A program made the translations under genes and the position numbers. A stretch of DNA of 39,001 nt. It comes from Candidatus Curtissbacteria bacterium. GTDB lineage: Bacteria; Patescibacteriota; Microgenomatia; Curtissbacterales; GWA2-41-24. The notes below the pieces were generated by a model. The model did not search any database and was not told the DNA's origin. It saw nothing but the letters and a program-made list of their open reading frames with translations. Location of the stretch: the NCBI GenBank assembly GCA_016198325.1, contig JACQIV010000014.1, positions 1 through 39,001 of the forward strand. Direction: 5' to 3'. Below, piece by piece: positions 27,166 through 37,143 of the stretch (position 1 is its first letter; each line of letters opens with the position of its first letter).

Positions 27166-29598
27166 TCAGTTGTCGTTTTTTTCCTGTTTCTGTTCGTTTT
27201 TATTACTATTTTCTATTTTTATTTCATTTGGCAGCCCGCCCTGTGGCAGTGGAGGAGAAGAAGGGCTTGGCGACGGCGAAGGGAAAAGCTGTGGGCAGGA
27301 AGCGCAGAAATCTTTTTTGGAATAAGGGTCCTGCACGACAATCTGTTCCTGTTCTTCCGCATTTGGCGAACCCGGTTCAACTACTTGGCCCGTTGTCTTG
27401 TCTATCCAGACCTTTGCTTTGGCAAAACTATCTTTCTTCGGCTCTGTCCCGGCGATGAAATATTCGGTTCTGTTTGAGCATTTTTCGCTTTTGGCTCCCC
27501 CTGTTGTTGAACAAACTTCTCTGGCTACGACTCCGGAAGGTACCTTAAACGCTTCGTTAACTTTGTCGCGTAAGACTTCGGCCATTACCGCATTCCAAAT
27601 AGGCGCTGCTCCTGTTACGCCTGAAGACAAAGAAGGGTGCATCGGAGTGTTGTCATTATTCCCTACCCAAGTTGCCACTAAATAGCTTGGCGTGTATCCG
27701 ATCGTCCAGTTATCCCGCTTGTCATCGGTCGTTCCGGTTTTAACTGCCACGGTTTTACCCTTTATATTTAGAAGCGAAGCCGGTCCGAATGCCGATGATC
27801 TTGCCCCATTGTCGGAAAGAATCGAAGAAATTAGAAAAGATGCTTCCGTAGAAAGTACGCGCTTGCCGCTTTTTTGTTTGAATTCCTCCAGTATTTTCCC
27901 CCTCGAATCTTCAACTTTCAGAACAGGAACAAGGTCAATTCTTTCTCCCTGGTTTGCAAAGACCCCGAAAGCGGTAGCCATCTCTGTCATTTTGACCTCT
28001 CCTCCACCAAGAGTCAGCGAAAGACCGTATCTGGAAGGGTCGGTCAGGGAATTTATTCCCATCTCGCTTGCTTTCTTGACCATTTCATCTACACCGTTTA
28101 GTGCCAAGACTTTAACAGCAGGGATGTTGTAAGAATTACCAAGGGCGTTACGGACAGTCACCGGACCGTGATATTTGCCGTCATAGTTAACAGGCCTGTA
28201 CGGGCTTGGTCCGCCAGAAAAAGTTGTTGCAACATCGATAATAATTGTCGCCGGTGTTATTAATTTTCGGTCCAGGGCAAGGCCATAATTTATAGGTTTA
28301 ATCGAAGAACCCGGTTGTCTCTGTGCAACCGTCACATTAACGTTTCCGTCCTCGTCTACATTGAAAAAATCACGGGAGCCGACCATTGCCAGTATTTCTC
28401 CGCTTTTTGGCTTGGTAACTAGTGCCGCCCCGTTACCGACCCTGAGCGGTTTTAATTTTTCGATATTTTCGCGGACAATCGATTCGCTTTTCTCCTGAAG
28501 ATCCAAATCAATAGTTGTTGTTACCTTCAAACCACCCTGAGCTGCCACAGTCTCACCATATTTTCCGGCCAGATATTCCCGCACATACATCACAAAATGG
28601 GGCGCCTTTATATCTGTAGCTGCGGACTTAAATTTTAACTCTTCGCCCGCCCCTGCATTTGCCTCCTCCTGTGAAATATATCCATCCTCAACCATTCTTC
28701 TCAACACAGCCAGTTGTCTATCCTTTGCCCTTTGAGGGTTCCCGGAAAACGGAGAAAAATAACTTGGCGCCTGTGGCAAACCGGCAAGTAATGCCGCTTC
28801 TCCAAGCGATAAATCTTCAACTTTTTTCCCGAAGTATTGTTCTGCCGCAGCAGATGCTCCCCATGCTGTCCCTCCATATGGGACTTGGTTTAAATACATC
28901 TCAAGTATCTCATTCTTGGAAAAGGCCATTTCCACCCTGAATGCCAGGTATAGCTCCTTAACTTTTCTGTTTATCGTTCGCTCCGGCGTTAAAAACGCGC
29001 TTTTTACAAGTTGTTGGGTAATAGTCGAACCTCCCTGTAAATTACCTTTAAAAACCGTACTCTCCGCTGCCCTTATAATTCCGTATATATCAAACCCCTT
29101 GTGTTTGTAAAAATCTTTGTCCTCGATAGCAATCGTTGCCTTTTCAAGAGTATCCGGGACTTCCGAAAGCGGGACAATCGTCCTATTTTCATCGGTATAA
29201 ACGTTATAAAGAAGCTTTCCGTTTCTGTCGTAAATCTTTGTGGTTTGGGGGACCTGCCTTTCTTCAAGCGCTCTGGGGCTCGGCAAATCTTTAGTAAAGT
29301 ACCAGATACCAATAATAATAAATGCGATAGTTACAAGGCCGAATTTAAAACTTTTATCTTGGTGGACAATTGGATGGTGGATTAGCGAACTAATTTTAGA
29401 AGAGATTCTTGGCGCTCTTTTTTTCAGGTCCAGATTTAGCCTCTTTAAAACAAAGTAGAGGCTGATAAAAAAGTGTCTAAGGATCCATATAGTAATATCA
29501 CCAAAAAAGGTGACAAGCCTGATAAACCAGGTTAAGAATCCGACGATTATAGAAAAAAAGAAGCCAATTACGGTCGAAAAATAATCCCTTTTTGCCAT
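27166..29598 (-). CDS. Class A penicillin-binding protein (PBP1A family)
   Basis: AIEDKDFY.H.G, GGSTITQQLVK, RKVKE, QPGSSIKP, SYN, KTGT. Confidence 0.96.
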   Translation of the reverse strand: MAKRDYFSTVIGFFFSIIVGFLTWFIRLVTFFGDITIWILRHFFISLYFVLKRLNLDLKKRAPRISSKISSLIHHPIVHQDKSFKFGLVTIAFIIIGIWYFTKDLPSPRALEERQVPQTTKIYDRNGKLLYNVYTDENRTIVPLSEVPDTLEKATIAIEDKDFYKHKGFDIYGIIRAAESTVFKGNLQGGSTITQQLVKSAFLTPERTINRKVKELYLAFRVEMAFSKNEILEMYLNQVPYGGTAWGASAAAEQYFGKKVEDLSLGEAALLAGLPQAPSYFSPFSGNPQRAKDRQLAVLRRMVEDGYISQEEANAGAGEELKFKSAATDIKAPHFVMYVREYLAGKYGETVAAQGGLKVTTTIDLDLQEKSESIVRENIEKLKPLRVGNGAALVTKPKSGEILAMVGSRDFFNVDEDGNVNVTVAQRQPGSSIKPINYGLALDRKLITPATIIIDVATTFSGGPSPYRPVNYDGKYHGPVTVRNALGNSYNIPAVKVLALNGVDEMVKKASEMGINSLTDPSRYGLSLTLGGGEVKMTEMATAFGVFANQGERIDLVPVLKVEDSRGKILEEFKQKSGKRVLSTEASFLISSILSDNGARSSAFGPASLLNIKGKTVAVKTGTTDDKRDNWTIGYTPSYLVATWVGNNDNTPMHPSLSSGVTGAAPIWNAVMAEVLRDKVNEAFKVPSGVVAREVCSTTGGAKSEKCSNRTEYFIAGTEPKKDSFAKAKVWIDKTTGQVVEPGSPNAEEQEQIVVQDPYSKKDFCASCPQLFPSPSPSPSSPPLPQGGLPNEIKIENSNKNEQKQEKNDN

Positions 29599-29763
29599 TT
29601 TCTTGCCTTCAAATAATGTTCACATTCTATCTCACTTAGCCTCAATTTGACACTAGGCCAAAAAGGCCGCAGTCTGCCAAAAGTTGCGCTTTGAGCCGTG
29701 TATGAATAATACTGAAAAGGCGAAAAGCAAAACTTGGCAAAGTACCTTATAATTACTTGCTAA

Positions 29764-30234
29764 ATGGAAGAAAAACGGGGACCGATAGAAAAAGGCGAAA
29801 AAGGCTGGCCGGTAAACCCCTTCGGTGTTGTCGCTGTTGTAGTTTTTGTGCTTGTAATCGTTTTTTTAATCGCGCGGCCTCTTTTTCGGCAAAAAGCCCA
29901 AGGTGACCAAAACCAACAAACAAATTCACCGGGAGGAAGGATTATTTCACCGAATGCCGGAGATATCATCAGGTCGGGAAACTTGCCTCTTGAGCTTTCC
30001 GTAGACAGTCCAACTGACGCCCAAAAAGTCCAATTTTGGATAAAAAGCTATGCGGACGGTAAGTGGCAGATGGTTGGTGAAGACACTGGCTCGCCGTTTA
30101 AGCTTGACTGGCAGATCCCTAACGAATATCAAAACAAAGCAGTCGCCATTACCACCCACATCTACCAAAAAGACGGAAAAATAGTAAAAGACCCTGGCGG
30201 CTGGCGCGAAGGTATAATACTCCTATCGGAGTAA
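29764..30234 (+). CDS. Membrane-anchored protein with Ig-like domain
   Basis: TM segment, I.SP..G, KVQF, VG.D..SPF...W pattern. Confidence 0.7.
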   Translation: MEEKRGPIEKGEKGWPVNPFGVVAVVVFVLVIVFLIARPLFRQKAQGDQNQQTNSPGGRIISPNAGDIIRSGNLPLELSVDSPTDAQKVQFWIKSYADGKWQMVGEDTGSPFKLDWQIPNEYQNKAVAITTHIYQKDGKIVKDPGGWREGIILLSE

Positions 30235-30255
30235 ATTTTCTAAATCCAAATTGCT

Positions 30256-30312
30256 CTAATTTCTAATCAATTTCACAAAATTTGAAAATTATTTAGATCA
30301 ATTAGAAATTAG
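30256..30312. terminator. AT-rich inverted repeat between convergent genes
   Basis: CTAATTTCTAAT (30256-30267) / ATTAGAAATTAG (30301-30312). Confidence 0.45.
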
Positions 30313-30332
30313 GTAAATTAGGTTAATTTTCA

Positions 30333-30704
30333 TCAACTTCTCTTTCCCAAATAACTATAAAAAGCAAAAATAACGACCACCAAAAGCGCAAGGCTAACAT
30401 TAATTAGCGTGATTAATTTAAGAACTCCAAGTACGGCAAATAAAGCCAAAAAAAATGCCACAAAAAACGACATCTTAAAAGAAGTCTTAAAATACCAATC
30501 GCGGTCATACTTTTTATAGAACCTTGTCCTCAAAAAATACAAAACAGTTCCCAAAAAGCAGAAAAAAAAGATAAAAACCAAAAAAACAAAAAGCGTAAAA
30601 TAGCGCCAGGGGTTAGTTTCCGGATCGACTTCAAATACAATCCACAAAATTCCAAAAATAGAAGCAATAGTCAATAAGAATGTAAAAGGCAAAAACTTCT
30701 GCAT
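30333..30704 (-). CDS. Hypothetical 4-TM membrane protein
   Basis: Hydrophobic 123 aa ORF; TATGAT 6 nt upstream of ATG. Confidence 0.75.
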   Translation of the reverse strand: MQKFLPFTFLLTIASIFGILWIVFEVDPETNPWRYFTLFVFLVFIFFFCFLGTVLYFLRTRFYKKYDRDWYFKTSFKMSFFVAFFLALFAVLGVLKLITLINVSLALLVVVIFAFYSYLGKRS

Positions 30705-30721
30705 AACTTAATCATAGTAGA

Positions 30722-30758
30722 GAGGACGGTCCTTGTCTTCCACATAAGGACCGTCCTC
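30722..30758. repeat. Inverted REP-like doublet (AGGACNGTCCT x2)
   Basis: GAGGACGGTCCTT-11 nt-AAGGACCGTCCTC. Confidence 0.75.
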
Positions 30759-30791
30759 ATTTAAATTAATTTACTGATATAATTCCCCAAA

Positions 30792-31781
30792 ATGGATCCA
30801 CAGCTACTCCAACTCTCAATCGGTGTTATCATTATTACTGCGCTTGTTGTCTTCTATCTTCAGATTAAAAAACTAACAGATACAAAATCTAAAGACGAAA
30901 CCACAAAACTCCTTACACAACTCGTCTCCGACATGCGCGGTTCCATGGATAAAACCACCGATTCCATGGTAAGGCAAACCAAAGCTATCAATGAACGTTT
31001 AGACCGTGCCGCGCAGGTGATATCAGGCGTTTCAAAATCTGTAGGCGAAATGACGGAACTGGGAAGGTCAATGAAAGATCTACAGGAATTCCTGCGCTCG
31101 CCAAAACTTCGGGGCCAAATAGGGGAGTCCATCCTCAAAGATTTGCTTTCGCAATCTCTCCCAAAGCAAAACTTTCATCTTCAATACGCTTTTAAGAGCG
31201 GAGAAATAGTCGATGCCGCCTTAAAACTCGAACAGGGAATCATTCCGATAGACGCCAAATTCCCTATGGAAAATTTTAGGAAGATGACAAAAGCAAAAGA
31301 CGAACAAGAGCAAGCGCAACATCGCAAATCATTTGTTTCGGACGTCAAAAAACACATCGATGCAATTTCCAACAAATATATCCGCCCACAGGAAGGAACC
31401 CTCGATTTTGCCCTCATGTACATTCCAAGTGAACCTATCTATTACGATATCCTCACCAATAATCCGGAACTCGACGAATATGCCTATACAAAACGCGTCC
31501 GCCCTGTTTCCCCAAACACGCTTTATGCTTATCTGCGCGCAATAATCATGTCGCTGGAAGGTTCAAGAATCGAAAAACAGGCAGGCCAGATATTGGCGGC
31601 CCTTCGTGAAATCGGCGACGAAACCACCAAGTTCGGATCAAGCCTCTCCATCCTCACCAAACATATAAAAAACGCCGCAGCATCAAGCGACGACGTCAAC
31701 ACCCGCTATGCACGCCTTTCCTCAAAAATTTCAACGGTCCAGACGATAGAAGAAAAAGCCACCAAAAGATTGAAAACTTAA
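30792..31781 (+). CDS. rmuC: DNA recombination protein RmuC
   Basis: N-terminal TM, coiled coil, K.RG..GE, IDAKFP, KYI.P..GT.DFA.MYIPSE, VSP.TL. Confidence 0.93.
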   Translation: MDPQLLQLSIGVIIITALVVFYLQIKKLTDTKSKDETTKLLTQLVSDMRGSMDKTTDSMVRQTKAINERLDRAAQVISGVSKSVGEMTELGRSMKDLQEFLRSPKLRGQIGESILKDLLSQSLPKQNFHLQYAFKSGEIVDAALKLEQGIIPIDAKFPMENFRKMTKAKDEQEQAQHRKSFVSDVKKHIDAISNKYIRPQEGTLDFALMYIPSEPIYYDILTNNPELDEYAYTKRVRPVSPNTLYAYLRAIIMSLEGSRIEKQAGQILAALREIGDETTKFGSSLSILTKHIKNAAASSDDVNTRYARLSSKISTVQTIEEKATKRLKT

Positions 31782-31847
31782 AGGTAATGCTATTTATCCT
31801 CCTGAAACTCAAAGTGTACGATTGAAGCAAGCCAAAGCCTTGTGCCC

Positions 31848-31876
31848 TTGACTAAAAATGAGTCTTATAGTATAAG
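31848..31876 (+). promoter_or_regulatory. Sigma70-type promoter
   Basis: TTGACT-17 nt-TATAAG, 8 nt before ATG at 31885. Confidence 0.6.
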
Positions 31877-31884
31877 AGTGCAAA

Positions 31885-32325
31885 ATGTCACACTTTATTG
31901 AAGCTGCCAGAGAAAAATTGCGCAAAGAAGAACAGAAGGGATTCTTCACCAAGCAACTCTTTACTGTTGCGATAGATTTACTTCAAGAAAGGGGAGTCCC
32001 TTATCGTCAAGGTTTATTCAAATATTCATCAATTCTTCACACCATTAATTTTGCTGAACCACCCATTACAGTGACTGTGTTGGCCGGTACTAATTTAGAT
32101 AAAGCAAAATCTGTCTGGATAGCAGTCGAGGGAATGGATTATTGGCTGGGAACATTTAAAGAAGGAAAGGGCAAAGGCGAAAGATTTACTTCCGAAAAGA
32201 GACGCCTTAGATTGTCTGACAATCGGGTTTCTGGAAGTGGTATGGACGCTGAATTTGAAGAAATATCGAACCATCTTGAGGTGTTAAACTTAGTTCAAAG
32301 AGAAGTTTCCCAAACGCAAGAATAA
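31885..32325 (+). CDS. Hypothetical protein
   Basis: 146 aa ORF with its own promoter; no recognised motif. Confidence 0.7.
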   Translation: MSHFIEAAREKLRKEEQKGFFTKQLFTVAIDLLQERGVPYRQGLFKYSSILHTINFAEPPITVTVLAGTNLDKAKSVWIAVEGMDYWLGTFKEGKGKGERFTSEKRRLRLSDNRVSGSGMDAEFEEISNHLEVLNLVQREVSQTQE

Positions 32326-32427
32326 TCATAAATTCTAAAGAAAATTTTGCAGTTTTTCTCTACAGACCCCTTTTTAATGGTTGTTAATTTTATTATGGGT
32401 AAATAGCCGCAATTCCGGCTCGGTTAT

Positions 32428-32462
32428 AAAAAATCCCCTCGACAGAGAATTTGGCGAGGGGA
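32428..32462 (-). terminator. Intrinsic terminator
   Basis: TCCCCTCG/CGAGGGGA stem followed by T6 on the minus strand, downstream of the 32486 gene. Confidence 0.65.
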
Positions 32463-32485
32463 ACAGCCGACCGCAAAGTTGGCCA

Positions 32486-33313
32486 CTAACTAACCAAATT
32501 TTGTAAAAATGCAAGCACTTGTCCGATAAAGATGATTGCCTGGTCAATTGGTCCGTTTGTTTTAACCTGAACATTTACATTTCCAGATAATGGCTCGGGC
32601 GATGCGGAAGGTGATGGTGTAGGGGAAACGGATGGTTCAGGCAAAACTTCCGGACTTGCAGACGGTGTTGGTGATACGTCAGGCGAAGGCGATGGACTAA
32701 CCACCGGTGAAGGGCTGGTACTTGCGTCCGGTGATGCACCGGGTGAAGCAACAGGTGTCGGTGTTGGTGATGGTGAAGGGTTCGTTACGTTTCCCGCAAG
32801 GTCTTGAAGAAATCCCAGAACACTACCTAAAAATGAAATAACTTGGTCAATCGGCCCTGAAGCTTTTATTTTGACTTTGACATTACCGGAAACTGTGGGT
32901 GACGGACTCGATGTCGGTGAGGCTTCAGGCGAAGCTGAAGCATCCGGGCTTCCGCTTGGACTGGCACTCGGGTCTGCACTAGCAGATGGCGAAGCATTTG
33001 GTGATGCAAAAGGGAATCCGGAAGGAAATGGACTTCCTAAAAAGGGAAAACTTCCTTTGAATTTAAATTGAAATTTCCCCTTATTAGCACCCCTCGCATT
33101 ATTATCCTCATGGTCTTCATCCTCCTCCTCGTTTTCATCCTCGTGTTCATTTTCAATTTTAATTTTGCTTTTTGCCTCTAAATTGCCCTGGCTGGAATTA
33201 CTATTCAGTTTAAATTCGAACTGTGATTTATTTTTGTTTTCGGATTTTGCAAAGGCTGGAGTGGTTCCTATAAGGAGAAAAAGAATTACAAAAAACAGTA
33301 GCAGTTTTTTCAT
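32486..33313 (-). CDS. Secreted Ser/Pro-rich protein with a duplicated ~31-aa module
   Basis: Signal peptide (PAFA), acidic tract, SP/TP linkers, two GN.....GPIDQ...F...VL.FLQ.L repeats. Confidence 0.8.
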   Translation of the reverse strand: MKKLLLFFVILFLLIGTTPAFAKSENKNKSQFEFKLNSNSSQGNLEAKSKIKIENEHEDENEEEDEDHEDNNARGANKGKFQFKFKGSFPFLGSPFPSGFPFASPNASPSASADPSASPSGSPDASASPEASPTSSPSPTVSGNVKVKIKASGPIDQVISFLGSVLGFLQDLAGNVTNPSPSPTPTPVASPGASPDASTSPSPVVSPSPSPDVSPTPSASPEVLPEPSVSPTPSPSASPEPLSGNVNVQVKTNGPIDQAIIFIGQVLAFLQNLVS

Positions 33314-33395
33314 CTTCAAAAATTAAAACGGATAAAATCCAAAAATGTTACAGAACAATGATTTTTCTAAAAACCCAATACCCAATACAAATAAA

Positions 33396-33424
33396 GACCA
33401 TTAGGGGTTAAACCCCTAATGGTC
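33396..33424. repeat. Perfect palindrome (REP) downstream of the RAYT
   Basis: GACCATTAGGGGTT-A-AACCCCTAATGGTC. Confidence 0.9.
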
Positions 33425-33428
33425 ATAT

Positions 33429-34076
33429 TCAATCAATAATGAGATTGTCTATTTTTTTCAATCCCCCCGCATAATCAGCATGATCGTGTATGAATTTTTT
33501 ATATTCAGTCCTAGAAGGGAAAAAATCAGTAATAACAGTAGTTTCGCAAAAAGTTTCGTCAGACTTGAAAATAAAATCTTTATAAGATGACCATTGGTAT
33601 GAATCCAGGTCTTCAGTTAAACCAGCTACATATGGGTTCAAATGAATATATCTTGTTATATGAATCAGTTGTTCGTCATTCTTTATTCTTACAGCCTTAA
33701 AAGGTCCCTGCATTAAGCTTCCCGACCTTACATATTTTTTATTGAAGTATTCTGTATAAGCATTGGTGATCTGTTTCAAAAACTTAGAAATACCGCTCTT
33801 AGTTGTTTGTTTTAAAAGGAGATGAAAGTGGTTTGGCATCAGGCAATAACTAACCAAAGCAGCTTCCTTTGAAAGATTTTTATTATGAAGCCTTATTGGT
33901 AGACGCGGATATTTAGTAAGAACTCTTTCTAAGGGATAAAGATATATAAACAAATAGTAGATAAAAATTTTGTAATCCTTTTCGTCTAGAAAAATCTTTC
34001 TTTTTTCGACGCCTCTATTGAATACATGATAATAGGCATTTTCCTCATACTCTCGAACGACGTATTTAGAAGGCAT
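33429..34076 (-). CDS. REP-associated tyrosine transposase (RAYT, Y1 HUH)
   Basis: YYHVFNRG, YCLMPNHFH (HUH), YFNKKY.R.G.L, RYIHLNP (catalytic Tyr), YQWSSY. Confidence 0.93.
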   Translation of the reverse strand: MPSKYVVREYEENAYYHVFNRGVEKRKIFLDEKDYKIFIYYLFIYLYPLERVLTKYPRLPIRLHNKNLSKEAALVSYCLMPNHFHLLLKQTTKSGISKFLKQITNAYTEYFNKKYVRSGSLMQGPFKAVRIKNDEQLIHITRYIHLNPYVAGLTEDLDSYQWSSYKDFIFKSDETFCETTVITDFFPSRTEYKKFIHDHADYAGGLKKIDNLIID

Positions 34077-34099
34077 AATTAGGGGTTAAACCCCTAATT
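34077..34099. repeat. Perfect palindrome (REP) abutting the RAYT start codon
   Basis: AATTAGGGGTT-A-AACCCCTAATT; 21-bp core identical to 33400-33420. Confidence 0.9.
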
Positions 34100-34122
34100 C
34101 AGACTAATGTTAAAATAAGGCC

Positions 34123-37047
34123 GTGTCAACCATCCTTAAAGACCTGAACCCCAAACAAAAAGAAGCAGTAACAACCACCGAAGGCCCGCTTTTAATAATC
34201 GCCGGTGCTGGAACCGGTAAAACCACCGTAATAACCAGAAGAATCGCCTATATTATCGAAAAAAAACTAGCCAAGCCAGCCGAAATTTTAGCGCTTACTT
34301 TTACAGATAAAGCCTCTCAGGAGATGGAGGAAAGGGTAGATGCTTTGGTTCCCTACGGATATATCGATACTTGGATACACACTTTTCATGCATTCGGCGA
34401 CCGCCTGCTCCGCGACAACGCACTCGACATTAACCTTCCTCCCGATTTTAAAGTGCTTTCCCGCCCACAGCAAGTCCTTTTTTTCCAGCAAAATTTATTC
34501 CGTTTTAACTTAGACTATTACCGCCCGCTTTCAAACCCCAACAAATTTATTTCCGCCATGCTCTCGTTTCTCTCAAGACTTAAAGACGAAGATATTAGTC
34601 CCGAGGAATTTTCCAGGTTTGCTAAAAACCAACAGAAAGAGGGAAGCGATAAACAGGAAGCAAACCGGATAGAAGAGCTTGCCGGAGCTTATCAAGACTA
34701 TGAAAAATTTAAATCGGAAGCGGGAGTTATCGATTTTGGCGACCAGGTTGTCAAAACACTTAAACTTCTAAGAACCCGGGAAAGAGTTCTCAAAAACTAC
34801 CGGAAACAATTCAAATATATTCTTGTCGACGAATACCAGGACACTAACTTTGCCCAAAACGAGTTGGTTAAATTACTTGCCGTGTCACACCAAAATATCT
34901 GTGTAGTCGGTGACGACGACCAGTCAATTTACAAGTTCCGGGGTGCGGCAATTTCAAATATCCTTGAATTTGCAAAGGACTTTCCCAAAGCCAAACAGGT
35001 AGTCCTTACAGAAAATTACCGCACGAACCAGTCAATCCTAAACAGCGCTTACCGCCTGATCACAAATAACAATCCCAACCGGCTGGAAGTCCAAAATAAA
35101 ATCGACAAAAGACTTAAATCTCAAAGAGGCCAGGGTATGCCCCCTCAGGAAATTTTCACAGAAACTATATCCGAGGAAGCAGATGCGGTTGTCGAAGAAA
35201 TAGAAAAACTCATGAAAAAGAAAGTCAAAGGTTACTCCTACCGCGACTTTGCCATTCTGGTCCGTGCCAATGCCTCGGCAGATTTTTTCTTAAGAAGTCT
35301 CAATATGAAAGACATTCCCCACAAATTTATCGGATCGTCCGGACTATACCAACAGGAAGAAGTCGGCGTTCTCATTTCCTTTTTGAATGCCATTTCCAAT
35401 TTCGAAGACAGTATTAACCTTTATAACTTAATCATCTCGGATATCTACCAGATGCCTCCTCAGGAAGCGATCAAACTCTTATCCTTTGCCAAACGAAAAA
35501 CCCGCTCACTCTACTATGTATTAAAAAATCCAAAAGGGCCTTCCTTGGAAGAACTGGGGTTATCAAAAGAAGCCGGGGAAATTATAAAAAAAGTTCTCAT
35601 CGACCTTGATGAAGCGATTAATCTTTCAAGACGCGAAAAAGTCGGAAGAGTCCTGTACGATTTCCTAAAAAGGACCGATTATTTAAATACACTGACAAAA
35701 ATAGATACGGTTGATGCCCAGGTAAAAACCCAGAACATCGCCAAATTCTTCGACAAAATTAAACAGTTCGAAACTGTTGCCAAGGTAGAAACAGTTATCC
35801 AGTTTGTCGATTATTTACAAGCCCTACGGTCTGCCGGTGACGACCCGGCAACTGTTGAATTTGACCCTAACGTCGATGCGGTCAACGTCATGACTGTTCA
35901 TCAGGCAAAAGGTCTGGAATTTCCCGTCGTTTTTCTGGTAAATCTTACATCCGACAATTTCCCGACTCGCTCAAGGACTGAAGCCATCGAAGTCCCGGAG
36001 CAGATCATTAAAGAAACCTTGCCTTCCGGAGACTGGCACATACAAGAAGAACGGCGGCTTTTTTATGTTGGTGCAACCCGCGCAAAAGATCTCCTCTATT
36101 TTTCCTTTTCAAAAGATGTAGGGGGCAAAAGGCTTAAAAAAGTTTCACCGTTTGTACTGGAAGCGCTGGATAAACCGCAAATTGCCGGCACGGTTACAAA
36201 AGCATCACCTCACCAGAAGATAGAAAAATTTGCGCCCGTCGCGTTAAGAACAACCCAAACTGTACTTTTCGACGTTGATGTTCTCAAGCTCACCCAAGGT
36301 TCGATCGATGACTACCTTACCTGCGCTTTCAAATACCGCTATGTCCACCTGCTTAGGGTTCCAATCCTAAGACATCACGCGATCATTTATGGGTCTGCAC
36401 TCCATTTGGCAGTTGCCGCATTTTTAAGGTCAAAGAAAAGCGGTAACATGCTCACCCTTCCTCAAACCCTAGAGGTTTTTGAAAATGCCTGGGATTCTGA
36501 GGGATTTTTAACTCAGGAACACGAGGAAAAAAGAAAAATGCAGGGGAAGCTTGCTATGGAAGCCTTTTATAAAAGGGAAACTAATAATAAAGACATACCG
36601 GGTCTTATTGAATCTTCGTTTAAATTTTCCCTCGAAGGAGTTATGGTAGTTGGCCGTTACGACCGGCTGGACGTAAAACCGGGCTCAAAAGTTACTATTA
36701 TCGATTACAAATCTTCCGAAAACATTAATCAGGAAAGGGCAGATGCCCAGGCCGAAGAATCAACGCAACTGGCAGTCTATGCTCTGGCTTACTTTAAAAA
36801 TTATAGAATTATGCCGGGAAAAGTCCTTTTACACTTTCTGGAAAACGGTATTGAAGGCGGCTACACTCCGACAAAAAAGGATATCGAAAAAACCGAAAAA
36901 TTAATAGTAGGAACAGCAGAAAATATCACCCGCGATATTAAAAACGATTCATTCAAGGCAAACCCTAAATACTTCGGCCGCGAACCGGCCTGTGTTTACT
37001 GCGCCTATAATTCAATCTGTCCATTTTCATTATCAAAAATATCCTGA
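34123..37047 (+). CDS. UvrD/PcrA-family helicase fused to PD-(D/E)XK nuclease with Fe-S cysteines (AdnA/B- or AddA-like)
   Basis: AGAGTGKT, VDEYQD, VGDDDQSIY.FRGA, AKGLEF, EERRLFYVG.TRA; GRYDR..IIDYK; Cys in YLTC and CVYC..C. Confidence 0.93.
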   Translation: MSTILKDLNPKQKEAVTTTEGPLLIIAGAGTGKTTVITRRIAYIIEKKLAKPAEILALTFTDKASQEMEERVDALVPYGYIDTWIHTFHAFGDRLLRDNALDINLPPDFKVLSRPQQVLFFQQNLFRFNLDYYRPLSNPNKFISAMLSFLSRLKDEDISPEEFSRFAKNQQKEGSDKQEANRIEELAGAYQDYEKFKSEAGVIDFGDQVVKTLKLLRTRERVLKNYRKQFKYILVDEYQDTNFAQNELVKLLAVSHQNICVVGDDDQSIYKFRGAAISNILEFAKDFPKAKQVVLTENYRTNQSILNSAYRLITNNNPNRLEVQNKIDKRLKSQRGQGMPPQEIFTETISEEADAVVEEIEKLMKKKVKGYSYRDFAILVRANASADFFLRSLNMKDIPHKFIGSSGLYQQEEVGVLISFLNAISNFEDSINLYNLIISDIYQMPPQEAIKLLSFAKRKTRSLYYVLKNPKGPSLEELGLSKEAGEIIKKVLIDLDEAINLSRREKVGRVLYDFLKRTDYLNTLTKIDTVDAQVKTQNIAKFFDKIKQFETVAKVETVIQFVDYLQALRSAGDDPATVEFDPNVDAVNVMTVHQAKGLEFPVVFLVNLTSDNFPTRSRTEAIEVPEQIIKETLPSGDWHIQEERRLFYVGATRAKDLLYFSFSKDVGGKRLKKVSPFVLEALDKPQIAGTVTKASPHQKIEKFAPVALRTTQTVLFDVDVLKLTQGSIDDYLTCAFKYRYVHLLRVPILRHHAIIYGSALHLAVAAFLRSKKSGNMLTLPQTLEVFENAWDSEGFLTQEHEEKRKMQGKLAMEAFYKRETNNKDIPGLIESSFKFSLEGVMVVGRYDRLDVKPGSKVTIIDYKSSENINQERADAQAEESTQLAVYALAYFKNYRIMPGKVLLHFLENGIEGGYTPTKKDIEKTEKLIVGTAENITRDIKNDSFKANPKYFGREPACVYCAYNSICPFSLSKIS

Positions 37048-37143
37048 GATTGAATTACGTGAGCGATAGCGAACTTAACACTATCTGCCCCTTTTCCTTA
37101 GCTAAGGTCACCTAAACAAGGTGTTTACTATAATGTAGAAGGA

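Noticed and set aside
34123-37047. Helicase-nuclease fusion as a novel defence or Cas4 system
   Set aside because: The architecture fits known AdnAB/AddA-type repair enzymes and there are no defence-type neighbours.
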